A DNA stretch of 64,000 nucleotides from Phoronis australis (taxonomy: Eukaryota > Animalia > Phoronida). The position numbers were made by a program, and so were the translations under genes. The notes beneath the pieces were generated by a model that saw nothing but the letters and a program-made list of their open reading frames with translations, was not told the origin of the DNA and searched no databases. Shown one piece after another: positions 52,930 through 64,000 of this stretch; position 1 is the first letter of the stretch; the number at the start of each line of letters is the position of its first letter. The stretch lies in the NCBI GenBank assembly GCA_002633005.1, contig NMRA01000644.1, positions 62,001-126,000 on the forward strand, written 5' to 3'.

Positions 52930-54773
52930 TATAGTCAGATTCACTATGTCCAAATTTTGATATTCGTTGAAATTTTGGGGGGAAAGTGGAAACTATACAT
53001 TTTTTGGAAACCTCAAGAAATGACGAATTAGGGAATAATTGATTCCATTTTGGTGGCCATCTTGGCGACCATCATGGATTTTCAAAAATGGCGCCGGTAA
53101 ACTAGATTTTGCCCAGTATAACCGCCCTTGAGTCAGAACATCCCGATGAGCCGTATCCTTTCCCATGACCAAAAAAGGCTCAACTTACTGAAGACCTGTC
53201 TGCAAATACACTTGAATATAATAAATACTCTGCCAAGATAGCCATTACTTCAGCTTCAGGATTCACAAAGAGCAACCGACGTGATCTACGCTTAGAAGAA
53301 AAGGATGACAAAAAATTAGATATATTGCTAATAGACTGTACACATCATGCAGGTCTGGCATCACATCAAAAGGTCCCTGATTCTCAGCTGATGTATTTTT
53401 TCACCTGACATAGATTTACTGGTACTTTTCATTGCCTATTATGACAGGCTTCTCAGAAATACTTCAGTCCCCATTGCATCTGGGATTGTGGACGTGAATC
53501 CAATGTCGACAATATTAGGTGCTGTCCGAGCAAAGGCTCTGCCTGCTTTCCATGCTTTTACCTGAACACTGTAGGTTGAATATATATTTGAAGGCAAACA
53601 CTGGTGATATCAATGCACCACAGACTTTTTGTAATGTTCATGAAGTAACAGGTGAACTTCTTTTCACATTAGTCCCCTTTACATGTGCATACTCACCACA
53701 GGATCTAGACACAAATAGCATCCCAGAGCTGAGATAGTACCTCTTCAGTAAACCAATGGTTGACAGCGACAAACAACCACTAACCATTGGTGCTTTGAAA
53801 CAGCATGTGGTGAGAGTGTTTATTCAAGCCAGAGTGTGGGGCCAGACAATCATTGCTCGACAGGAGTTCTTTGGCCCAGTGCAGAATAAATTTACAAGGA
53901 CAAAGATGACCAGCTGCGGAAACCCTCACAATTGAGGAGCTTAGCTTCCAGCACCAGAGGCTTTCATTGAGAAGGTAACATGCCCGTGCAAAGATGCTCT
54001 TGCCGATCAAAGGCCTACCTTACACACATCTATGTCAGTATTCAGTAGTGCAGAATGTCAGAATGCTGATGATGATGTGATTCCTGATGACAGTGATGGC
54101 TATTTAGTAATGATCTATGGACTTATTTCAAAGTTTTGAAATACTATTGACACTACAAAAAACATACATTCATGTTCTTCAAACGTAAATAAATTGTTTC
54201 AGGTACTGATTCAATTTAAGTGTTTTAAAGGAAACAAGCTCCGAACAAAATATACAAGAAAATAAGATGGTGATCATGTGTGTAGGATTACAGGAATAAT
54301 GCATTTAGAAAATGTAGCTGCTAATAAATGGGGATTTGGTTATCTTTTTCATTTAATAAGTTGCATTTTCAGATTTCTTGACCACAAAAGTGTGGGTGCA
54401 GCCATTAAAACTAACATTCTAAGTGACCCAAGAGCAAAGATACTGAAGAAAATGTATTTTACGGGCGCCAATTTAAAAAATCCAAAATGGCCACCAAGAT
54501 GGCCGCCAATAAAATTAAACTTTCCACTTCCTTGACCTGACAAATGCAGGTGTAGCCATAAAAACGAACATTCTAAGTGACCCAGAGACGTATATTTTGG
54601 GCAAAATCCACTCTACCGGCACCATTTTTGAAAATCCAAGATTGCCGCCGAGATGGCCACCAAAAATGGAATCAATTATTTTCTGATTTTTCATTCCATG
54701 AGGTTTCCAAAAATGTATAGTTTCCACTTTCCCCCAAAAATTCCAACAAAATTATACCACAAAAATGACTATG
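52930..54773 (+). mobile_element. Internally deleted long-TIR DNA transposon with a decayed FEN/XPG-like nuclease and Cys-rich C-terminus
   Basis: Imperfect TIRs of about 190 bp with (T/C)ATAGTCA termini. Internal remnant LEEKD..FSPDIDLLVL..LGAVRAKALPAFHAFT*..ELR*YLF..PLTIGALKQHVVR..QARVW..PAPEAFIEKVTCPCK. Confidence 0.7.
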
Positions 54774-55435
54774 TTTCTCAATTGGTAGCACTGCCCTTAT
54801 GTGAAATTCATCACCACGTATATCTCGTTAAACGTCTTAAAAGACGGTGGCCGAAGCAGTGGACTCCTGTATTTCCAAAATGATATACGTTAGGTTTGGT
54901 TTGCACTGTATGTAGAAAACAATATAGCAAACTTACATGCATGGAGCCAATGAATGCACAAAGGTTCATCTCTGCATTTCTGCCTATTCTTGCGAACTAG
55001 AAATTCATTAGCTAATGCAACTGACCCTAATAGTAAAATTATATGGCCCGAGTTGCCTTCCGTCAAGATAAGACGCTTGCAAATAAGGTTGGCGATACCA
55101 CGTGCTCCGTTTACATGGCGATATCACAAGAAAACTTACGTGATATTGCGTTATTGCGACTATCTTAAGGATTCGTAACGCAGTTCTTTACTCTAATCAT
55201 CGCGTGGAACCAGAGGCAAGTCCCCGTGTTGGTGAACTACTTTCCGTTCTCGATCTTTTCAGAAGTTAAAACGAGGGACTTTGCGTCGTTATCACCACCG
55301 GGACACTTAATGAGTAGCCCATCGGAATACCTCCCAAGTGTTTTGTAGTGTGAAGAGTGTGATATAAGAAAACGTCTTTTCACCTTTGAGCCAGGTCTTC
55401 ATATGACACTGTGCTTTTTGATGAATTTCTTCTAG

Positions 55436-55539
55436 GTGCCTAAATGTTCCTGATGATTTGCTTGTGTGGTTTCAAGGCTGCAAAATTAAGAAGTCTTCAC
55501 TCTTAGGTTGTGTGACCGCCATTAAAAAGTGGCTCAAAA
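55436..55539 (+). CDS. Candidate host exon (CLNVPDDLLVWFQGC..GCVTAIKKWLK)
   Basis: tttcttctag| and |GTAAGT with an open frame. Its phase-2 start matches the phase-2 end at 14248. Confidence 0.45.
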
Positions 55540-56813
55540 GTAAGTACATATTTCAACAATTTTCTGGATTTAGGGTGTTTATCATGAAATTTACAATTTT
55601 CTTTATCGACTTTTATCCGTGTAGTACACGTTTAATTGACAGTGTTTATTGGAGTTTTTTCAAAAGTAATCATACATGTACCTCAGTCAAAATAAATTTA
55701 AATTGTATGATAAGAAATGAAACGGTACAGACACGTTCTTTATTTTCATTAAATCAATTGATTTGATTGAAGCTATGTAATTTTTGCGTGCAAAAATTCG
55801 TGCAACGATATAACATCAGCATCAGTTATTCTCAAACAGTGGCACAAGGTGGAGCTGGTTAGCCTGTTCTACGACCTTTATTCAAAGTTTGGCTTTCCAC
55901 AGGTAAAGATGTAGCATATATTTCTTTATTAATCCAAACCTGGAAAGCGTTCCTTAGAGGTACACACAAATCTTTGCATATAAAACGAAAAGGGTGAATT
56001 TTATCCCGTAATGCAACAATCCAGGCTCACCGAACATTCACTTCAGTGACCGCCATTGTGATAGAGTAAAATATAGAGCGTACTCGTGAAACTTTTGCCT
56101 TTCACTTACGGGATTTTGCTTCCTGTTGCAAGTGTATTGTGTCTAAGCAATATAGCCTTATTCAACAATAAATGATTAAATTCACTCCTGGGATGAAGGC
56201 CTTTGAAAAAAGGTTATCGGTGAGTGAGTTTCCTGTTTTAGTGACTGTTAGGGATGAAAACGTTCAAGAACTAGGATAAATGTATTGTAAGTACTGTAAA
56301 AGTTGTTTTTGTTTTGTTTTGTTTTTGAAGCGTATCTACGGATTGAGAGAGCAGTTTTTATCCAATAAAATGCAGTTCTCACTCGCTAGATAATGCAGCG
56401 TTTTCAAACTAATGACTATGTGTAAAAATGAACGATTTCCCTTCCATATCCTAATCCAATTTTAAATTAGCCAAAGTCGAAGTATTTTCCACAGCCAAGT
56501 ACGTCTCCGATACAGTTGGACAAGAAGCACACACAGTGTGATTATTTAGCAATAGATTCACGCCTACCAGTTTTATTTGTTTCTATTTCGAATCACTACT
56601 GAACTGTGTCAGTAGCATCATCTTCAAAAACTGCACCAATCATAAAATGCGTTTTACCGCATGACGGAAACCAATATTTGCCTATGATATCTGGCATAAG
56701 AGTTTTGAACAGAAATAGGACAATTAACAATTATTGTCTGTGTTAATTTTCATATTATGCTAAACATTTGCCGTATATGTCGAAGTCAATTCAGCGTTTC
56801 TTCTCTTCAACAG

Positions 56814-56991
56814 AATGTAAAAATAGCAGTGGTCGCATTCACGAGCGGAACGACGAGTGGGTGGAGACCGTGGGCGGGGTTACGTTTGACTGTGTGTACA
56901 CCCCCAACGAATTCGATGATTCCTTCTCTGAACCAATTGCCACTAAAGTTGTACAAGAAAATCCCACCGCGGGGAATCTGAAAACGACAAG
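56814..56991 (+). CDS. Candidate host exon, small Cys-containing extracellular module
   Basis: cttctcttcaacag| CKNSSGRIHERNDEWVETVGGVTFDCVY.. |GTATAA, with coding-like composition in AT-rich surroundings. Confidence 0.6.
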
Positions 56992-57411
56992 GTATAAACT
57001 TTTTAGTCGCTTAGTATCATGGTGTGGGAACCTGTGGCCGGTTGCATGAAACAGTCCCAAATAGGGACTCAACTAAGGTCCCAAAGTCTTTTTGGGTATT
57101 TGTGTCTTTATGGACTCACAGATGCAATATTTTCTATCATTACCTGTTGACAATTCGACCAGCCAATAGGAATGCCGGTGTACTAAAATTTCCAGTGGAA
57201 AATGAAATGATACCTGCGTGTCCTCTATCCCCTTAGCGGACACTCAAAAACCAGCGAGGATAATTTGTTTGCTGTCTTGCCATAAAAAAACACGAGACGG
57301 ACATTGAAACTGGTCGTTACTTAATTGACGGCATTTCCAAATCACAGGCAGGGGTACCTACCCGCGACGGAGTGCAATATTGTCGGTCATATTGTAATAG
57401 GCCAGTCAGGA

Positions 57412-57530
57412 CATCTTGCATGAAAAATATTTATTTTTCATGCAAGATGCAAAATGTCACACACTCGTTGATTCCTGTGATGAAAAATATTTATTTTTCA
57501 TCACAGGAATCAACGAGTGTGTGACATTTT
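57412..57530. repeat. Two adjacent perfect palindromes (18-bp and 39-bp arms) sharing the same core
   Basis: 57412-57449 and 57451-57530, each centred on ATGAAAAATA-TT-TATTTTTCAT. Confidence 0.95.
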
Positions 57531-58394
57531 ATGACATACTTATGCCGTGATCCCAATTTTTTCGGGGCATCCAAAAATTTGCAATCGTAGCCGAAAACGC
57601 TAGCCAATGAAACGCGTCAAAGATCGGTTCTGATTATTATCCCATGTTCCCGCGCCATCTGTTCTCTGTTAGTGTTGAACGGGATAAGGCAACAACCAAA
57701 TAACGGCCTGATTCGCACGATGAGTTTGCCAGGTATCAACTAGGCTCCAAAAACTGGGCTGGCGTACGTGATAAATTCCAAGCCGCATGTTGCTACTTGA
57801 TACGAGATGACCAAAGTCTCGGCTCGAAATACCAAATTTTAGGTCAAAAATGTGACCTGCAGATCCTTATGTCGAGAGTTCAGTCCTGATTGATTTCAAA
57901 CGACACGTTAAACTTTCGCGTACTCGGTAAGTGCGAATTGCTGGATAGAGCTGGTCACTAATTAAGTCGTGTAGCAAACCGATTTTGTCTACAAGTTATT
58001 TCTTACCGACTGTACGGGTTCACTAGACTTATCCCCAGTCAGAGTAATTGATGTAAAAAATACTAAGCAAATACTTTTTGTTGAGTAATGCCTTTGCAGT
58101 AGCTTTTGGTTGGCGACTGGCTCATGTCCGCTTGCCTCCGATTCGTGTAATTCATCGCCTGATGTGTTTTACGCAACAACAAGCGAGCGGCACCGGGCGC
58201 ATTTGACAGCCGCACTAAACCTTACGCTGGCAATTCATTGAGTCATGGAATCTCGAAGAAAAACATTTCCAAATACAAAAAAACACACCTAGATTAGTTT
58301 TCCAACCATTCATTTCGTCAAACAACAAATTAGTCAGTGCTCTGTGACTCAAAACTTGACAACTAATTAATACGCGCACAATTCTACTCATGTC

Positions 58395-58550
58395 CATGGG
58401 CGGCGTACCATAGGGATATGGAAGGACCTATAGCCCCCCACTTATTTCAGTTGACATGGGCGACGCACCGCAAAAGGGGCTGTGGGGCTATGGCCCCATC
58501 CCCCAACCCTCCCTCCCCACCCTGCTTATTTCAGTGCTGCGCCGCTAATG
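58395..58550. mobile_element. 156-bp MITE with a perfect 5-bp TSD
   Basis: CATGGGCGGCG..CGCCGCTAATG termini, with ATGTC at 58390-58394 and 58551-58555. Confidence 0.75.
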
Positions 58551-59466
58551 ATGTCGCGGGACTGTAAATATATAATTTAACCTATGATGTAACCTCTGCA
58601 AAACGTGAAGTTTGCACGCGCACACTTCTGCACTGTTTCCGTGTGAGAAAAGTTACAATCCAAGCGGAGCGCTGCCTGGTGACTGGTCGTCTGTGCACTG
58701 CAGTTGCCGGAAATACACAATGTAGCTCTAAGAAGACCGCACGGTATTAATACTTTGCAATTTTGTGAATTCATTCATGAAGGCCTAATCTCAGGGCAAC
58801 AGAAACTTTGTTTGGAAAATCCACTGTTGTGGCATTTTTACCGTCATTTGGCGACACACTGGAAAATCTTATTACCATTTTCACATTTGCTGTCGGCAAA
58901 TATGACGACCAGTCGAGAAAAACAACTTTTTGAGCTCTATACTAGCATAGTATAGCAAATCACAGATTCCGATTTCTCGAATAGAATTGGCGGTAATTAA
59001 TTTTTGTTCTTTTATAAGAATAGAATTTTCATTTTACCTATCGAAAAGGCGTGAACGAAATACTTTTCCTTCACAAATACAGGTATTCGTACGAACTATT
59101 TTTCCCTCGGACTCCTACTGTCCTAAGTATCAGAGATATTACGCCATGTTTCAAGAATCATGTACGAACCAATGGAGTGTACGAACTAATAGAGAAAAGA
59201 CTCTGAAAGAATTTAATGCTTTGATATTGACTGAAATTACGAATAAAACCTAAAAACACCTGGTGAACATTTTGAATTCTGTTTCAGTGGCAGATAACCA
59301 CCCTTATTATTGCTATATACATTAGTTTATTTATCGCGTTCCAGGTCCATGCAGCATTATAAAAAGAGCACTTTCTACCGATTTGGATCTGGCAGCACAC
59401 ATCAGTCCGTAATCAATATGTAGGCTAAATTATCACTTTAATAGATTAGCATGCCTTTATCTTAAG

Positions 59467-59612
59467 GTTGCGCTCGTCCAGGCAGACTTCACATGAATTA
59501 CGGCGAGACGTATTACGAGGTACGTGATGGCGAAAGATACAAGTGCACTTGAGCCAAAGGACCAGATCTCCAGTTACCGAATGACACGTCCCATTCGCAC
59601 ATTAAATTCTGA
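59467..59612 (+). pseudogene. Candidate host exon similar to the 56814 module, with TGA at an expected Cys
   Basis: GCARPGRLHMNYGETYYEVRDGERYKCT* resembles C..SGR.H...EW.E...G..F.C of the 56814 exon. Weak acceptor. Confidence 0.35.
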
Positions 59613-59949
59613 TTGTTCAATAGCAAACATTCCGAGTTTTCACGTTGACTTGTAAAGAATGAATAGCAAACATTAACAGTGATGTGAAGAATGTTTGACT
59701 TTTTATGTGCTCTGTAACTCCAAAACTTGATTCGGCTTGCGTGTCAGTGTGCAACATTTGAATCAAAGTGACTGAAATATATGAACATAACAAGCGGCTA
59801 TAAAGCTGTTTTCAAAAAGGATGTACTTTAGCCAGATACAGAATTCATTTAAAGACAAGAGGTGTTCTAGCTATTGGTCTGTGGTCCAGCGGATGAATAT
59901 CAAAATAACAGTAGAAAGTGCCGGTATCGTCATCTTCAAGACACGTTAA

Positions 59950-62900
59950 AGGAGAATGCCACTCGATTTAATTAGTGTTTTATATCGTCTTAATCGGTCT
60001 ATATCCACATAGCCTCTTACACAGTCAACCTCACCTTGCAAAGAGGTGTCGCGTTAAAGGAGAATGCCACCCAAAAAACAACCTATTTTGTATAAATTTA
60101 GATCGAGTAGTTCTACTCGATAACGGCAGGCTCGGTTGCGTTACCTGACATCTGACGGCAGAGGGAGGTACTGAAATTATCCAATGACGTCATTGTTTTC
60201 GCACGCAGACTGCTCAGCAGTTCGCAACACGGGTTATTGGTGTAAGCTTAACGCTTAAATTCATCGTTTAACACCATTAAATCATCAAACTTCGATGTAA
60301 AACCCTTAAAAATACACCAAGTTCTTATACAAACGTGCTGTTTCAGTTTGCTGTTACGGATTTATTGGTATTTGGACAAACCGTAGCCTACAAAATTCGA
60401 AACGCCAATTTACCAAGGTCCGTAGCAGGAGTTTGCGGTCTGTTCGGAGATAAATTCTTCAATGAAATACAGACAGGAGAACCTAGATCTGTGTTGTTTA
60501 TACTTGCGATTTTATTTTTTGACTAAACACACAAAACGCTTGTTCTCCCGGTCAATGGCTCGGAATTCGATCAGGCCCGTCGCGGCCGGACTGACTCGTT
60601 ATCCCGGCCAGTGGCTCGGAACCCGATCAGGCGCGTCGCAGCCGCCGGAAGTGGCACGAACATAAACCAGCTTGAGTTGGAAACTAAACCTACAGACATG
60701 AAAATACTATAATAGTGAGCCAAAGAAATAATGTGCACGTAATTATTTATGTGAATTAGCCACGAAACTGAAAATCTACTTGTCAGGGGCAGCGAAGTCG
60801 GATTCCCTTTCCACAGACCGTCAGGGCAAAGGTTGTACAGTTACAATGATTTGAATAACGTATTTGTATTTCTAAATAAAGATTCCCTTAACATATGACA
60901 ATAGCACCGAGTAATTGCTTCATAACAGCTTTCTGTCAGCAAACACTGAATTAGCATGCGCTCACACGGCCTCGGTGCCCTCTCAATTAATTACCTTTGT
61001 TGCCGGCATCAAAAGCCGGTAACGCAGTGGTTTATTCATTGCTGGCTTCTCAAAACATTTGCACTCACGAGCACACCAAGGCATTACAAATTGTATCTAA
61101 TGAGACAGACTTTGTTTCAGTTTCATATAAGCATTGGTAAGGATCATTCTAGGATGAGAATAATTCATTTTGAAACAGAATGCAGAATAATAAACGTCTG
61201 CACATACATGTAGCATGGCAACTCGCCCGGCGCCAATCCCGACTTAGTCAAGAGCTCATCCGACGAAGACTTCACGGGTCAGATCGTTAGGTTTCACAGG
61301 ATATCAGTTCGAACCGGAATACACTGATCAAGAAACACTAGAGAGTTGCCGTGAACATGCGCAGGAAACGGGACGTATGGATACTTCTTTGGTAAGCCGG
61401 AATTCGTCACAGAAATCACTTTCGACGAAATGCCGGCCACAGACACGGACACTGTTTCACGGCCTCATACTTGCTATTAACAGTGAACCTTTTATTCTCC
61501 ACTACCACGACCCACTTCCTAAGCATTTCGGGGTCTCGAGGAAGTCGAAAAAACGATATACCCGCTTTCTTCGCAGCTTCATAGCTCGGACAAGCCGGAA
61601 CCGATGCACCGCAATATAGCGGAATTCACTCTGCAGGCGAACAATTGACGTCACTGCGTCGCTTCTCACCTTCCTCACAGGTTGACGCGACACCTCTCGG
61701 CAAGGTGAGGTCTACCGTATCAGAGGCGATGTGGATATAGACCGATTAAGACGGTAAAAAGTCTAATTAAATCGGGTGGCATTCTCCTTTAACCTGTGAG
61801 GAATTTGAGAAACGACGCAGCGACGTCAGTTGTTCGTCTGCAGAGTGAATGCCGCTATATTGGTGTGCATCGTTTCTGCTTGTCCGAACTATGAAGCTGC
61901 GAAGAAAGCGGGTATACCGTTTTTTCGACTTCCTCGATGCCCCGAAATGCTTAGGAAGTGGCTCGCGGTAGTGAAGAATGAAAGGTAACGCTGTTAATAG
62001 CAAGTATGAGGCAGTGAAACATCTCCGTGTCTGTGGCCGTCATTTCGTCGACAGTGATTTCTGTGACAAATTCCGGCTTACCAAAGAGCTATCCATACGT
62101 TCCGTTGCCTGTGCATGTTCACGGCGCCTCTCTAGTATTTCTTGATCATTGTATTCCGGTTCGAACTGATAGCCTGTGAATGACCTAACCACCCGACCAG
62201 TGAAGTCTTCTTCAGATGAGTTCTTGACTAAGTCGGGATTGGCCGGGCGAGTTGCCATATACATGTAGACGTTTATTATTCTGCGTTCTGTTTCAAAATG
62301 AATTATTCTCATTCTAACCAATGCTTATATGAAACTGAAACAAAGTCTGTCTCATTAGATACAACGCGTAATGCCTTGGATTGCTCGTGAGTGCAAATGC
62401 TTTTAGAAGCCAGCAATGAACAAACCACTGCGTTACCGGCTTTTGATGCTGGCAACAAAGGTAATTGACTGGGCACCGAGGCCGTTGGAGCGCATGCTAA
62501 TAGCGGATTTGCAGCGCAAACGAACTACGCATTGCGCATGTGCGAGTTACTTCCTGCGCGAAGGCTCATGGGATAGCTTGTGGTCAGGCATGTCTTGAGC
62601 AGGCTGGATAGTGTGTGCATTTGGAGTCATTTGCAAACTAAAAACCACGTTTCATTTTTTGCTTTATAATACCAAGCAAGTCCTCTCTCTCGTTTGTAAA
62701 CACAGCGTAGCTATAGTCAGTGACCGTGTGACCGAGGNAAATAAAACAACACGTTTTTATAAGAACTCGGTGTATTTTTAAGGGTTTTACATCGAAGTTT
62801 GATGATTTATTGGTGTTAAACGATGAATTCAAGCGATAAGCGGACACCACTGTTGTGAACTGCTGAACGTACTGCGTGTGAAACCAATTACGTCATTGGA

Positions 62901-63021
62901 TAATTTCAACACCTCCGTCTGCCGTCAGGTGTCAGGTAACGCAACCGAACGTGCCGCTATCGAGTAGAACTACTCGATCTAAATTGATACAAAATAGGTT
63001 GTTTTTGGGTGGCGTTCTCCT
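59950..63021 (+). mobile_element. Non-autonomous Kolobok deletion derivative (outer copy)
   Basis: TTAA at 59946-59949 and 63022-63025, TIR AGGAGAA(T/C)GCCAC. THAP remnant on + at about 61850-62090 (CIVSACPN..FFRLP..KW..LRVCGRHF) joined to a KolX-like N-terminal remnant on - (MATRP..GYQFEPEY). Confidence 0.85.
60058..61788 (-). mobile_element. Second copy of the same Kolobok derivative inserted in opposite orientation into the outer copy
   Basis: TTAA at 60054-60057 and 61789-61792, TIR AGGAGAATGCCACCC. Mirror-image homology to 59950-60053 plus 61793-63021. Confidence 0.88.
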
Positions 63022-63723
63022 TTAAAATAAAAACTGATATGCATGTACGTACATTGTATAAACGACCGGGGTAAACAAATGTTTTGGTTGCGTCTATTAA
63101 CGTACAACTACTTAACTTGGTTCAGTATTCTACATGCGTACTTCTCAGTAAGTATTGGCTGCTTGAGGACATGAAATTGCTGTTTTGCTCATTTTAAGGT
63201 TGTCAAAAGTGGTGATGCAATATTACAACGTGGGGCCTTCCAGGGTTAACAAAAATGAAACAGAAACAGTATTTTTAACAAGGCAGCCAGAGCACGTGAA
63301 AAACACGAAAGAAAATGGAATCTCCTCAATTCATGAAACTGGAGAATGTTAATTTGAAATAAAACAGCATGTTAATTTTAATAAATGGCTATATGTTTAC
63401 ATTCGATTACCACAAATGCAGCCCGGGTACTTAAAAAATCATGAAACGGATCTTTACGCAAACACTTTTGTTCGAAACCTAAGCCCAAATAATACTCTTT
63501 CCACAAGGCGTCTAATTTTTTTTCAAAATAAACTGAATTTAATTAAGATTTTTAGATTATTTTTTAATCTTTTTTGTGGTGCACCAAGAAAAGATAGATA
63601 CCGTGCGAAGTGTCTATCGAAATTCCAATGTCTTGCGGTGGTACAGATGTACAATACGAACTTGAAATTTCGCTTACTCTCAAGACAATACATGGGCTTG
63701 CTCCGACCTGTATTGGAATCTGG

Positions 63724-63758
63724 CCCGTATTGGAATGACGTCATCATTCCAATACGGG
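63724..63758. repeat. Perfect 15-bp-arm palindrome overlapping a TGACGTCA motif
   Basis: CCCGTATTGGAATGA-CGTCA-TCATTCCAATACGGG, with extra TATTGGAAT copies on both flanks. Confidence 0.8.
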
Positions 63759-64000
63759 AAGTAGTTTCTTGCCCATATTGGAATGAGCGGTCGTTGTCAT
63801 TTCGTTGCTCTTGGTGCGTTGAAGTGTGCAGGATTTCTTTTGTTATATTCGTCAGATAAAAGGTATTTTTAACCAGAATTGTGTAAGGTTTAATCAGGGA
63901 TTTTTTTCTACAGATTTTTATTGTGTTTCTTAGTGTTATTAGACACGTGTGTTGCACTGTTACAGACTTCATTTTCTCGACATGTGTATCAGCTCATCAG

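Noticed and set aside
63416-63972. Overlapping 147-aa and 149-aa antiparallel ORFs
   Set aside because: No recognisable motifs or splice structure. They overlap a palindromic repeat-like region and are probably chance.

Overview
Repeat-dominated animal genomic DNA (spliceosomal introns, probably a marine invertebrate) with a 699-N gap at 16211-16909. Most ORF-track entries are spurious. Host component: a multi-exon gene for a secreted protein on + (TATA box, signal peptide, unknown domain, SEA domain with GSVV, TSP1 repeat; 7609-14248). It carries frame and stop lesions and may resume at 55436-59.6 kb after a ~41-kb TE-filled intron. Centrepiece: a 7.8-kb TTAA-flanked Kolobok DNA transposon (41000-48828) inserted into the endonuclease of a decayed RTE-X-like LINE. 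It has a lesioned 10-exon THAP-DDE transposase on + and a convergent, intact 2-exon KolX gene on - whose product closely matches the Zn/guanine-nucleotide-binding cytoplasmic ballast domain of vertebrate P2X7. A second, internally deleted Kolobok family is nested in itself in inverted orientation (59950-63021). Also present: the 3' end of a Hero-like RLE retrotransposon whose 3' UTR has all hammerhead ribozyme core elements in a non-circularly permuted order, Penelope GIY-YIG remnants, Harbinger derivatives, 5-bp-TSD MITEs, a long-TIR element with a FEN/XPG-like nuclease remnant, about 16 kb of Helentron-like and satellite arrays (430-bp and 40-bp monomers), and a double perfect palindrome. 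All calls come from manual translation and motif recognition; no database searches were run.
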